DNA of 64,000 bases, from NCBI GenBank assembly GCA_964016885.1, contig OZ024744.1:67146001-67210000 (forward strand). Reading direction: 5' to 3'. The notes beneath the pieces were generated by a model. That model saw only the letters and a program-made list of their open reading frames with translations, made no database searches and had not been told where the DNA came from. Below, one piece after another: positions 10,726 to 25,300 of this stretch. This stretch comes from Eledone cirrhosa (Eukaryota). The position numbers and the translations under genes are program-made. Position 1 is the first letter of the stretch. Each line of letters begins with the position of its first letter.

Positions 10726-13338
10726 CAGCTGCATTTATCTTGCTTTATGTTCATACGAGTTATCACCAAGTCACAACCAGTGACCTCAAGAGACAACAAG
10801 GTCCGCCATGTTCAAGAAAGAACATACATACTCACACATGCATCTTTAGGTGTTTAGACTTGTGATGTACTTATATTGACAGAATCTTCCTTAGTATATG
10901 GGCAGTTCCCATTAGTACTATCTTTTGTATTTCTCCTATACGCGGGTTTCCTGGGATTTGCGATAAGTAATCATTAGACCCCTTAGGTATCATTGCTAGA
11001 GCGCCTACAACCACTGGTATTGTTTTAGTTCTCAATTTCCACATTTTTCCAATTTCTATCTCCAGGTCCTTATACTTGCTCAATTTTTCAAATGTTTTTA
11101 TAGATACATTCTTATCTATTGGAACGGACATATCAATTAGCAGGCATACCCTCTTTTTAAAGTCCTTCAATATTATATCAGGTCTATTTGCATCTATTTT
11201 TCGGTCTGTTTGGATGCTAAAGTTCCACAAGATTGAGATGTGATCTTTTTCAAGTATGGGAGGTGGTTGATGTTCCCACCAATTCTTTTGATGGGGCAGG
11301 TCAAAATGCTTACACATTATCCAATGTATGTATTGTGCAGCTTTGTCGTGCCTGTTTAGGTATTCAATTGGAGCTATGGGATTGTACATTGAAATTATAT
11401 GACCAATGGTGTCTGGTTGTTTTTTACATACACGGCATAATGGGTTGCATCCATTTTTATTATGTTGGCTTGATAATTTTTTGTTGGCAGACACTGATCT
11501 TGTGCTGATATAATCAGTCCTTCAATCTCCGATTTCAGTCCAGAGGAGGCCAACCACTGATGGGTTAAAGTTTTGTCAAATCAGAATTTTTAGCTCTTTC
11601 TGGATATTTTCCATACAGAGTCTTTTCTTGCCATTTCTTAGCCGGTTTCTGTAGCAGTTCTTTCTTTGTAGTTACTTTTACCTGCTTTGCTTTTCTGTGT
11701 TTTTCATTTCAGCAGTAAATGGAACTTCTGAAATTTGTAGTCCATTACTGTATCTTTGTGCATCTGTTGTAATGGAGTATGATCATTTGATGCTTTCGTG
11801 TTTCAAAACGAGTTTGATCATCCAATCATATGATTCCCTTAGATATGTAGATAATCCAATTGTTGCTGTTTTCAAAGCAATATCTAACTGGATTGATCCA
11901 GCTCCTCCTTCTTTCCTAGGGAGATATATTCTATCTATATCTGCCTTAGGGTGATGCATTCTGTGCATGGTTAAGAATTTTCTAATTTTTGTATCGAGCC
12001 TGCGGATCTCTGTGCTTGACCAGTTGATGACATTGAAATTGTAGGTTTCAATGTCATCATACTGGTATGGCAGCATGTTTATGGCATCGATCCTATTCCT
12101 TGCATTCAACTCCATTCTTAATATTGCTCTTACTCTGCGGTAACATTCCTTCCTTATCCTTTCCCTCATTGTCGAGTGCTTGATTCCGTCTCCTTCACAA
12201 ACACCTAGATATTTGTAAGTTTCCTCTTGATCAAGTTCTCTTAACACATTCCCCCCGATCAAGATTAGTGTCTGAACTCTTCAGCAGCTTTCCTCTGGTG
12301 GACGTGGCTTTGGCGCATTTGTCTAGTCCAAACTCCATTTTAATATCATCACTGAACTGCTTCACAGTGGATAATAGCCCTTGCAATTGCTCATCAATTT
12401 TTGCAAATAGTTTCAGGTCATCCATGTAAAACAAGTGATTAATGGTTTTGTCATAGACTTTATATCCATGTTTTATTTCATTGAGCATTTTACTTAATGG
12501 TATAAGTGTGATGCAGAATAAAAGTGGTGATAAAGAGTCACCCTGAAAAATTCCAAAATTAATATTAACTTCTCCAGCTTCCAGTGATTCTTTTTCACTA
12601 TTCAAAAGGAATGTCGTTTTCCATATCTTCATACTGAATGACAGGAACCTCCTGACAACGGGAGATATTTTGAAAATCTCTAAACATTTTTCAATCCAAT
12701 TCTGGGGCAAACTATCGAACGCTTTTTTTGTAATCTATCCAAGCAATCGACAGATTTTTGTGTCTATTATGACAATCTTCCAGTATCATTTTGTTAACCA
12801 GAAGCTGATCCTTACAGCCATATGAGCCTCGTTTACAGCCTTTCTGCTCATTGGGGAATAGATCATTTGTTATCAGGTGGACATATGTATATTCAGTTAG
12901 GACTGATGTTAAAATTTTATATATTGTGGTCAAGCAAGTTATCGGTCTGTAATGTTTGGGAATCATCATTCTTCGGAATGCCGTTAACAAGCCACGTTGG
13001 TATCTTTTCTGGCTCCTTAACCATTTCATTGTAAAGTTGGGCTAACATCTCATGAGACTCTATGAAGGCATTTATCCAAAGGTTTGGTATTTTGTCTTTC
13101 CCTGGGGATTGCCATTTGCTGGATTTTCTAAGAGCTAAACGCAGATGTTCAACTGTTATATTTCCCATATTTGTTCCTCAAGGTGAGCTGTATCTTTCAT
13201 TTGTCTGTCTGTCCATGGGGCATGTATATTATGAACTTTTTCTTTGGCCCAGATCTTTTCCAAGAATTCCTGCACTTCCTCCTTCGGTGGCATTGATTTA
13301 GCAGTTGTTGATGATTTGCCAATTTTTCTGTAGACGAG
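10726..13338 (-). mobile_element. R4/Dong-clade non-LTR retrotransposon (RT + restriction-like endonuclease), 5'-truncated
   Basis: ORF remnants as in the next feature, a ~145-bp 3' UTR (10726-10870) ending at (TAA)n, and a 5' end that joins directly to the satellite. Confidence 0.92.
10871..13338 (-). pseudogene. Frameshifted RT-RLE polyprotein
   Basis: Motifs in order: SPGKDKIPNLW, YRPITCL, EQKGC..GSYGCKDQL, AWIDYKK, GIFQGDSLSPLLF, HLFYMDDLKLF, FGLDKC, YKYLG, RIYLPRKEGG, LKSEIEGLIISAQDQ, zinc knuckle CRVC..HII (last Cys lost), RHD, RPDII..D..K..KYKDL. Split over several frames with an internal stop. Confidence 0.92.
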
Positions 13339-16300
13339 TGGCTTTAATTGCAGAATCACCATTATTTTCAAACACTATTCCCTGTTGACCTTCATGTTTT
13401 GCTAACATTTTAATATTCTTTGTGGCTTTAATTGCAGAATCACCATTATTTCCAAACACTATTCCCTGTTGACCTTCATATTTTCATAACATTTAAATAT
13501 TCTTTGCGGCTTTAATTACAGAATCACCATTATTTCCAAACATTATTCCCAGTTGACCTTCATGCATTCATAACATTTTAATATTTTTGTGGCTTTAATT
13601 GCAGAATCACCATTATCTTCAAACAGTATTCCCTGTTGACCTTCATCTTTACATAACATTTTAATATTTTTTTGCGGCTTTAATTGCAGAATCACCATTA
13701 TTTTCAAACAGTATTCCCTGTTGACCTTCATCTTTACATAACATTTTAATATTTTTTTGCGGCTTTAATTGCAGAATCACCATTATTTTCAAACAGTATT
13801 CCCTGTTGACCTTCATGTTTTGCTAACATTTTAATATTCTTTGTGGCTTCAATTGCAGAATAACCATTATTTTCAAACAGTATTCCCTGTTGACCTTCAT
13901 GTTTTGCTAACATTTTATTATTCTTTGTGGCTTTAATTGCAGAATCACCATTATTTTCAAACATTATTCCCTGTTGACCTTCATGTTTTGCTAATATGTT
14001 AATACTCTTTGTGGCTTTAATTGCAGAATCACCATTATTTTCGAACTGTATTCCCTGTTGACCTACATGTTTTCCTCACATTTTAATATTCTTTATGACT
14101 TTAATTGCAGAATCACCATTATTTTCAAACATTATTCCCTGTTGACCTTCATGTTTTGCTAACATTTTAATATTCTTTGTGCCTTTAATTGCAGAATCAC
14201 CATTATTTTCAAACAGTATTCCCTGTTGACCTTCATATGTTGCTAACATTTAAATATACTTTGCGGCTTTAATTGCAGTATCACCATTATTTTCAAACAG
14301 TATTCCCTGTTGACCTTCATGCTTTCATAACATTTTAATATTTTTTGTGGGTTTAATTGCAGAATCACCATTATTTTCAAACACTATTCCCTGTTGACCT
14401 TCATGCTTTGCTAATATTTTAATACTGCTTGTTGTTTAAATTGCAGAATCACCATTATTTTCAAAGAGTATTCCCTGTTGACCTTCAAGTTTTGCTAACA
14501 TTTTAATATTCTTTGCGGTTTTTATTACAGAAACACCATTATTTTCAAACAGTATTCCCTGTTTACCTTCATGTTTTGCTAATATTTTAATATTCTTTGT
14601 GGCTTTAATTGCAGAATCACCATTATTTTCAAAGAGTATTCCCTGTTTTACCTTCATGTTTTGCTAATATTTTAATATACTTTGCGGCTGCAATTGCAGA
14701 ATCACCATTATTTTCAAACAGTATTACCTTGTGACCTTCAGGTTTTGCTAACATTTTATTATTCTTTGTGACTTTAATTGCAGAATCACCATTATTTTCA
14801 AACAGTATTCCCTTGTGACCTTCAGGTTTTGCTAACATTTTATTATTCTTTGTGACTTTAATTGCAGAATCACCATTATTTTCAAACAGTATTCTCTGTT
14901 GACCTTCATGCTTTCCTAACGATTTAATATTCTTTGTGGCTTTAATTGCAGAAGCACCATTATTTTCGAACAGTATTCCCTGTTGACCTTCATATTTTGC
15001 TAACATTTAAATATTCTTTGCGGCTTTAATTGCAGGATCACCATTGTTTTCGAATAGTATTCCCTGTTGACCTTCATATTTTGCTAACATTTAAATATTC
15101 TTTGCAGCTTTAATTGCAGAATCAGTATTATTTTCAAACAGTATTCCCTGTTGACCTACATGTTTTGCTAACATTTTAATATTCTTTGAAGTTTTAATTA
15201 CAGAATCACCACTATTTTCAGACAGTATTCCCTGTTGACCTTCATATTTTGCTAACATTTTAATATTCTTTGTGGCTTTAATTGCAGAATCACCATTATT
15301 TTCAAACAGTATTCCCTGTTGACCTTCATGTTTTGCTAACATTTTATTATACTTTGTGACTTTAATTGCAGAATCACCATTATTTTCAAACAGTATTCTC
15401 TGTTGACCTTCATGCTTTCCTAACGATTTAATATTCTTTGTGACTTTAATTGCAGAAGCACCATTATTTTCGAACAGTATTCCCTGTTGACCTTCATATG
15501 TTGCTAACATTTAAATATACTTTGCGGCTTTAATTGCAGTATCACCATTATTTTCAAACAGTATTCCCTGTTGACCTTCATGCTTTCATAACATTTTAAT
15601 ATTTTTTGTGGGTTTAATTGCAGAATCACCATTATTTTCAAACACTATTCCCTGTTGACCTTCATGCTTTGCTAATATTTTAATACTGTTTGTTGTTTAA
15701 ATTGCAGAATCACCATTATTTTCAAAGAGTATTCCCTGTTGACCTTCAAGTTTTGCTAACATTTTAATATTCTTTGCGGTTTTTATTACAGAAACACCAT
15801 TATTTTCAAGCAGTAGTCCCTGTTGACCTTCATGTTTTGCAAACATTTTAATATTCTTTGTGGCTTTAATTGCAGAATTACCATTATTTTCAAACAGTAT
15901 TCCCTGTCGACCTTCATCTTTTCATAACATTTTAATATTTTTTTGTGGCTTTAATTGCAGAATCACCATTATTTTCAAACAGTATTCCCTGTTTACCTTC
16001 ATGTTTTGCTAATATTTAAATATTCTTTGCGGCTGCAATTGCAGAATCACCATTATTTTCGATCAGTATTCCCTGTTGACCTTCATATGTTGCTAACATT
16101 TAAATATTCTTTGCGGCTTTAATTGCAGAATCAACATTATTTTCAAACAGTATTCTCTGTTGACCTTCATGCTTTCCTAACGATTTAATATTCTTTGTGG
16201 CTTTAATTGCAGAAGCACCATTATTTTCGAACAGTATTCCCTGTTGACCTTCATATTTTGCTAACATTTTAATATTCTTTGTGGCTTTAATTGCAGCATC

Positions 16301-19300
16301 ACCATTATTTTCAAGCAGTATTCCCTGTTGACCTTCATATTTTGCTAACATTTTATTATACTTTATGACTTTAATTGCAGAATCACCATTATTTTCAAAC
16401 ATTATTCCCTGTTGACCTTCATGTTTTGCTAACATTTTAATATTCTTTGTGCCTTTAATTGCAGAATCACCATTATTTTCAAACAGTATTCCCTGTTGAC
16501 CTTCATATGTTGCTAAGATTTAAATATACTTTGCGGCTTTAATTGCAGTATCACCATTATTTTCAAACAATATTCCCTGTTGACCTTCATGCTTTCATAA
16601 CATTTTAATATTTTTTGTGGCTTTAATTGCAGAATCACCATTATTTTTAAACACTATTCCCTGTTTACCATCATGTTTTGCTAATATTTAAATATTCTTT
16701 GAAGTTTTAATTACAGAATCACCACTATTTTCAGACAGTATTCCCTGTTGACCTTCATATTTTGCTAACATTTTAATATTCTTTGTGGCTTTAATTGCAG
16801 AATCACCATTATTTTCAAACAGTATTCCCTGTTGACCTTCATATTTTGCTAACATTTTATTATACTTTGTGACTTTAATTGCAGAATCACCATTATTTTC
16901 AAACAGTATTCTCTGTTGACCTTCATGCTTTCCTAACGATTTAATATTCTTTGTGACTTTAATTGCAGAAGCACCATTATTTTCAAACAGTATTCCCTGT
17001 TGACCTTCATGTTTTGCTAACATTTTAATATTCTTTGAAATTTTAATTACAGAATCACCACTATTTTCAGACAGTATTCCCTGTTGACCTTCATATTTTG
17101 CTAACATTTTAATATTCTTTGTGGCTTTAATTGCAGAATCACCATTATTTTCAAACAGTATTCCCTGTTGACCTTCATATTTTGCTAACATTTTATTATA
17201 CTTTGTGACTTTAATTGCAGAATCACCATTATTTTCAAACAGTATTCTCTGTTGACCTTCATGCTTTCCTAACGATTTAATATTCTTTGTGACTTTAATT
17301 GCAGAAGCACCATTATTTTCGAACAGTATTCCCTGTTGACCTTCATATGTTGCTAACATTTAAATATACTTTGCGGCTTTAATTGCAGTATCACCATTAT
17401 TTTCAAACAGTATTCCCTGTTGACCTTCATGCTTTGCTAATATTTTAATACTGTTTGTTATTTAAATTGCAGAATCACCATTATTTTCAAAGAGTATTCC
17501 CTGTTGACCTTCAAGTTTTGCTAACATTTTAATATTCTTTGCGGTTTTTATTACAGAAACACCATTATTTTCAAGCAGTATTCCCTGTTGACCTTCATGT
17601 TTTGCAAACATTTTAATATTCTTTGTGGCTTTAATTGCAGAATTACCATTATTTTCAAACAGTATTCCCTGTTGACCTTCATCTTTTCATAACATTTTAA
17701 TATTTTTTTGTGGCTTTAATTGCAGAATCACCATTATTTTCAAACAGTATTCCCTGTTTACCTTCATGTTTTGCTAATATTTAAATATTCTTTGCGGCTG
17801 CAATTGCAGAATCACCATTATTTTCGATCAGTATTCCCTGTTGACCTTCATATGTTGCTAACATTTAAATATTCTTTGCGGCTTTAATTGCAGAATCAAC
17901 ATTATTTTCAAACAGTATTCTCTGTTGACCTTCATGCTTTCCTAACGATTTAATATTCTTTGTGGCTTTAATTGCAGAAGCACCATTATTTTCGAACAGT
18001 ATTCCCTGTTGACCTTCATATTTTGCTAACATTTTAATATTCTTTGTGGCTTTAATTGCAGCATCACCATTATTTTCAAACAGTATTCCCTGTTGACCTT
18101 CATATTTTGCTAACATTTTATTATACTTTATGACATTAATTGCAGAATCACCATTATTTTCAAACATTATTCCCTGTTGACCTTCATGTTTTGCTAACAT
18201 TTTAATATTCTTTGTGCCTTTAATTGCAGAATCACCATTATTTTCAAACAGTATTCCCTGTTGACCTTCATATGTTGCTAAGATTTAAATATACTTTGCG
18301 GCTTTAATTGCAGTATCACCATTATTTTCAAACAATATTCCCTGTTGACCTTCATGCTTTCATAACATTTTAATATTTTTTGTGGCTTTAATTGCAGAAT
18401 CACCATTATTTTCAAACACTATTCCCTGTTTACCATCATGTTTTGCTAATATTTAAATATTCTTTGAAGTTTTAATTACAGAATCACCACTATTTTCAGA
18501 CAGTATTCCCTGTTGACCTTCATATTTTGCTAACATTTTAATATTCTTTGTGGCTTTAATTGCAGAATCACCATTATTTTCAAACAGTATTCCCTGTTGA
18601 CCTTCATATTTTGCTAACATTTTATTATACTTTGTGACTTTAATTGCAGAATCACCATTATTTTCAAACAGTATTCTCTGTTGACCTTCATGCTTTCCTA
18701 ACGATTTAATATTCTTTGTGACTTTAATTGCAGAAGCACCATTATTTTCAAACAGTATTCCCTGTTGACCTTCATATGTTGCTAAGATTTAAATATACTT
18801 TGCCGCTTTAATTGCAGTATCACCATTATTTTCAAACAATATTCCCTGTTGACCTTCATGCTTTCATAACATTTTAATATTTTTTGTGGCTTTAATTGCA
18901 GAATCACCATTATTTTTAAACACTATTCCCTGTTTACCATCATGTTTTGCTAATATTTAAATATTCTTTGAAGTTTTAATTACAGAATCACCACTATTTT
19001 CAGACAGTATTCCCTGTTGACCTTCATATTTTGCTAACATTTTAATATTCTTTGTGGCTTTAATTGCAGAATCACCATTATTTTCAAACAGTATTCCCTG
19101 TTGACCTTCATGCTTTCCTAACGATTTAATATTCTTTGTGACTTTAATTGCAGAAGCACCATTATTTTCAAACAGTATTCCCTGTTGACCTTCATGTTTT
19201 GCTAACATTTTAATATTCTTTGAAGTTTTAATTACAGAATCACCACTATTTTCAGACAGTATTCCCTGTTGACCTTCATATTTTGCTAACATTTTAATAT

Positions 19301-22300
19301 TCTTTGTGGCTTTAATTGCAGAATCACCATTATTTTCAAACAGTATTCCCTGTTGACCTTCATATTTTGCTAACATTTTATTATACTTTGTGACTTTAAT
19401 TGCAGAATCACCATTATTTTCAAACAGTATTCTCTGTTGACCTTCATGCTTTCCTAACGATTTAATATTCTTTGTGACTTTAATTGCAGAAGCACCATTA
19501 TTTTCGAACAGTATTCCCTGTTGACCTTCATATGTTGCTAACATTTAAATATACTTTGCGGCTTTAATTGCAGTATCACCATTATTTTCAAACAGTATTC
19601 CCTGTTGACCTTCATGCTTTGCTAATATTTTAATACTGTTTGTTATTTAAATTGCAGAATCACCATTATTTTCAAAGAGTATTCCCTGTTGACCTTCAAG
19701 TTTTGCTAACATTTTAATATTCTTTGCGGTTTTTATTACAGAAACACCATTATTTTCAAGCAGTATTCCCTGTTGACCTTCATGTTTTGCAAACATTTTA
19801 ATATTCTTTGTGGCTTTAATTGCAGAATTACCATTATTTTCAAACAGTATTCCCTGTTGACCTTCATCTTTTCATAACATTTTAATATTTTTTTGTGGCT
19901 TTAATTGCAGAATCACCATTATTTTCAAACAGTATTCCCTGTTTACCTTTATGTTTTGCTAATATTTAAATATTCTTTGCGGCTGCAATTGCAGAATCAC
20001 CATTATTTTCGATCAGTATTCCCTGTTGACCTTCATATGTTGCTAACATTTAAATATTCTTTGCGGCTTTAATTGCAGAATCAACATTATTTTCAAACAG
20101 TATTCTCTGTTGACCTTCATGCTTTCCTAACGATTTAATATTCTTTGTGGCTTTAATTGCAGAAGCACCATTATTTTCGAACAGTATTCCCTGTTGACCT
20201 TCATATTTTGCTAACATTTTAATATTCTTTGTGGCTTTAATTGCAGCATCACCATTATTTTCAAACAGTATTCCCTGTTGACCTTCATATTTTGCTAACA
20301 TTTTATTATACTTTATGACTTTAATTGCAGAATCACCATTATTTTCAAACATTATTCCCTGTTGACCTTCATGTTTTGCTAACATTTTAATATTCTTTGT
20401 GCCTTTAATTGCAGAATCACCATTATTTTCAAACAGTATTCCCTGTTGACCTTCATATGTTGCTAAGATTTAAATATACTTTGCGGCTTTAATTGCAGTA
20501 TCACCATTATTTTCAAACAATATTCCCTGTTGACCTTCATGCTTTCATAACATTTTAATATTTTTTGTGGCTTTAATTGCAGAATCACCATTATTTTCAA
20601 ACACTATTCCCTGTTTACCATCATGTTTTGCTAATATTTAAATATTCTTTGAAGTTTTAATTACAGAATCACCACTATTTTCAGACAGTATTCCCTGTTG
20701 ACCTTCATATTTTGCTAACATTTTAATATTCTTTGTGGCTTTAATTGCAGAATCACCATTATTTTCAAACAGTATTCCCTGTTGACCTTCATATTTTGCT
20801 AACATTTTATTATACTTTGTGACTTTAATTGCAGAATCACCATTATTTTCAAACAGTATTCTCTGTTGACCTTCATGCTTTCCTAACGATTTAATATTCT
20901 TTGTGACTTTAATTGCAGAAGCACCATTATTTTCAAACAGTATTCCCTGTTGACCTTCATGTTTTGCTAACATTTTAATATTCTTTGAAGTTTTAATTAC
21001 AGAATCACCACTATTTTCAGACAGTATTCCCTGTTGACCTTCATATTTTGCTAACATTTTAATATTCTTTGTGGCTTTAATTGCAGAATCACCATTATTT
21101 TCAAACAGTATTCCCTGTTGACCTTCATATTTTGCTAACATTTTATTATACTTTGTGACTTTAATTGCAGAATCACCATTATTTTCAAACAGTATTCTCT
21201 GTTGACCTTCATGCTTTCCTAACGATTTAATATTCTTTGTGACTTTAATTGCAGAAGCACCATTATTTTCGAACAGTATTCCCTGTTGACCTTCATATGT
21301 TGCTAACATTTAAATATACTTTGCGGCTTTAATTGCAGTATCACCATTATTTTCAAACAGTATTCCCTGTTGACCTTCATGCTTTGCTAATATTTTAATA
21401 CTGTTTGTTATTTAAATTGCAGAATCACCATTATTTTCAAAGAGTATTCCCTGTTGACCTTCAAGTTTTGCTAACATTTTAATATTCTTTGCGGTTTTTA
21501 TTACAGAAACACCATTATTTTCAAGCAGTATTCCCTGTTGACCTTCATATTTTGCAAACATTTTAATATTCTTTGTGGCTTTAATTGCAGAATTACCATT
21601 ATTTTCAAACAGTATTCCCTGTTGACCTTCATCTTTTCATAACATTTTAATATTTTTTTGTGGCTTTAATTGCAGAATCACCATTATTTTCAAACAGTAT
21701 TCCCTGTTTACCTTCATGTTTTGCTAATATTTAAATATTCTTTGCGGCTGCAATTGCAGAATCACCATTATTTTCGATCAGTATTCCCTGTTGACCTTCA
21801 TATGTTGCTAACATTTAAATATTCTTTGCGGCTTTAATTGCAGAATCAACATTATTTTCAAACAGTATTCTCTGTTGACCTTCATGCTTTCCTAACGATT
21901 TAATATTCTTTGTGGCTTTAATTGCAGAAGCACCATTATTTTCGAACAGTATTCCCTGTTGACCTTCATATTTTCTAACATTTTATTATACTTTATGACT
22001 TTAATTGCAGAATCACCATTATTTTCAAACATTATTCCCTGTTGACCTTCATGTTTTGCTAACATTTTAATATTCTTTGTGCCTTTAATTGCAGAATCAC
22101 CATTATTTTCAAACAGTATTCCCTGTTGACCTTCATATGTTGCTAAGATTTAAATATACTTTGCGGCTTTAATTGCAGTATCACCATTATTTTCAAACAA
22201 TATTCCCTGTTGACCTTCATGCTTTCATAACATTTTAATATTTTTTGTGGCTTTAATTGCAGAATCACCATTATTTTCAAACACTATTCCCTGTTTACCA

Positions 22301-25300
22301 TCATGTTTTGCTAATATTTAAATATTCTTTGTGGCTTTAATTGCAGAATCACCATTATTTTCAAAGAGTATTCCTTGTTTTACCTTCATGTTTTGCTAAT
22401 ATTTTAATATACTTTGCGGCTGCAATTGCAGAATCACCATTATTTTCAAACAGTATTCCCTTGTGACCTTCAGGTTTTGCTAACATTTTATTATTCTTTG
22501 TGACTTTAATTGCAGAATCACCATTATTTTCAAACAGTATTCTCTGTTGACCTTCATGCTTTCCTAACGATTTAATATTCGTTGTGGCTTTAATTGTAGA
22601 ATCACCATTGTTTTCGAATAGTATTCCCTGTTGACCTTCATATTATGCTAACATTTAAATATTCTTTGCGGCTTTAATTGCAGAATCAGTATTATTTTCA
22701 AACAGTATTCCCTGTTGACCTTCATGTTTTGCTAATATTTTAATATACTTTGCGGCTGCAATTGCAGAATCACCATTATTTTCAAACAGTATTCCCTTGT
22801 GACCTTCAGGTTTTGCTAACATTTTATTATTCTTTGTGACTTTAATTGCAGAATCACCATTATTTTCAAACAGTATTCCCTTGTGACCTTCATGCTTTCC
22901 TAACGATTTAATATTCGTTGTGGCTTTAATTGCAGAAGCACCATTATTTTCGAACAGTATTCCCTGTTGACCTTCATATTTCGCTAACATTTAAATATTC
23001 TTTGCGGCTTTAATTGCAGAATCACCATTGTTTTCGAATAGTATTCCCTGTTGACCTTCATATTATGCTAACATTTAAATATTCTTTGCGGCTTTAATTG
23101 CAGAATCAGAATTATTTTCAAACAGTATTCCCTGTTGACCTTCATGTTTTGCTAACATTTTAATATTCTTTGAAGTTTTAATTACAGAATCACCACTATT
23201 TTCAGACGGTATTCCCTGTTGACCTTCATATTTTGCTAACATTTTAATATTCTTTGTGGCTTTAATTGCAGAATCACCATTATTTTCAAACAGTATTCTC
23301 TGTTGACCTTCATGCTTTCCTAACGATTTAATATTCTTTGTGGCTTTAATTGCAGAAGCACAATTATTTTCGAACAGTATTCCCTGTTGACCTTCATATT
23401 TTGCTAACATTTAAATATTCTTTGCGGCTTTAATTGCAGAATCAACATTATTTTCAAACAGTATTCTCTGTTGACCTTCATGCTTTCCTAACGATTTAAT
23501 ATTCTTTGTGGCTTTAATTGCAGAAGCACCATTATTTTCGGACAGTATTCCCTGTTGACCTTCATATTTTGCTAACATTTTCATATTCTTTGTGTCTTTA
23601 ATTGCAGAATCACCATTATTTTCAGACAGTATTCCCTGTTGACCTTCATATTTTGCTAACATTTTAATATTCTTTGTGGCTTTAATTGCAGAATCACCAT
23701 TATTTTCAAACAGTATTCCCTGTTGACCTTCATATTTTGCTAACATTTTATTATACTTTGTGACTTTAATTGCAGAATCACCATTATTTTCAAACAGTAT
23801 TCTCTGTTGACCTTCATGCTTTCCTAACGATTTAATATTCTTTGTGACTTTAATTGCAGAAGCACCATTATTTTCGAACAGTATTCCCTGTTGACCTTCA
23901 TATGTTGCTAACATTTAAATATACTTTGCGGCTTTAATTGCAGTATCACCATTATTTTCAAACAGTATTCCCTGTTGACCTTCATGCTTTGCTAATATTT
24001 TAATACTGTTTGTTATTTAAATTGCAGAATCACCATTATTTTCAAAGAGTATTCCCTGTTGACCTTCAAGTTTTGCTAACATTTTAATATTCTTTGCGGT
24101 TTTTATTACAGAAACACCATTATTTTCAAGCAGTATTCCCTGTTGACCTTCATATTTTGCAAACATTTTAATATTCTTTGTGGCTTTAATTGCAGAATTA
24201 CCATTATTTTCAAACAGTATTCCCTGTTGACCTTCATCTTTTCATAACATTTTAATATTTTTTTGTGGCTTTAATTGCAGAATCACCATTATTTTCAAAC
24301 AGTATTCCCTGTTTACCTTCATGTTTTGCTAATATTTAAATATTCTTTGCGGCTGCAATTGCAGAATCACCATTATTTTCGATCAGTATTCCCTGTTGAC
24401 CTTCATATGTTGCTAACATTTAAATATTCTTTGCGGCTTTAATTGCAGAATCAACATTATTTTCAAACAGTATTCTCTGTAGACCTTCATGCTTTCCTAA
24501 CGATTTAATATTCTTTGTGGCTTTAATTGCAGAAGCACCATTATTTTCGAACAGTATTCCCTGTTGACCTTCATATTTTCTAACATTTTATTATACTTTA
24601 TGACTTTAATTGCAGAATCACCATTATTTTCAAACATTATTCCCTGTTGACCTTCATGTTTTGCTAACATTTTAATATTCTTTGTGCCTTTAATTGCAGA
24701 ATCACCATTATTTTCAAACAGTATTCCCTGTTGACCTTCATATGTTGCTAAGATTTAAATATACTTTGCGGCTTTAATTGCAGTATCACCATTATTTTCA
24801 AACAATATTCCCTGTTGACCTTCATGCTTTCATAACATTTTAATATTTTTTGTGGCTTTAATTGCAGAATCACCATTATTTTCAAACACTATTCCCTGTT
24901 TACCATCATGTTTTGCTAATATTTAAATATTCTTTGCGGCTGCAATTGCAGAATCACCATTATTTTCAAACAGTATTCCCTTGTGACCTTCAGGTTTTGC
25001 TAACATTTTATTATTCTTTGTGACTTTAATTGCAGAATCACCATTATTTTCAAACAGTATTCTCTGTTGACCTTCATGCTTTCCTAACGATTTAATATTC
25101 GTTGTGGCTTTAATTGTAGAATCACCATTGTTTTCGAATAGTATTCCCTGTTGACCTTCATATTATGCTAACATTTAAATATTCTTTGCGGCTTTAATTG
25201 CAGAATCAGTATTATTTTCAAACAGTATTCCCTGTTGACCTTCATGTTTTGCTAATATTTTAATATACTTTGCGGCTGCAATTGCAGAATCACCATTATT

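Noticed and set aside
10871-11494. Intact stand-alone 207-aa endonuclease gene
   Set aside because: It is the frameshifted C-terminal part of the LINE polyprotein; its N-terminal residues are out of frame and the zinc knuckle has lost a Cys.
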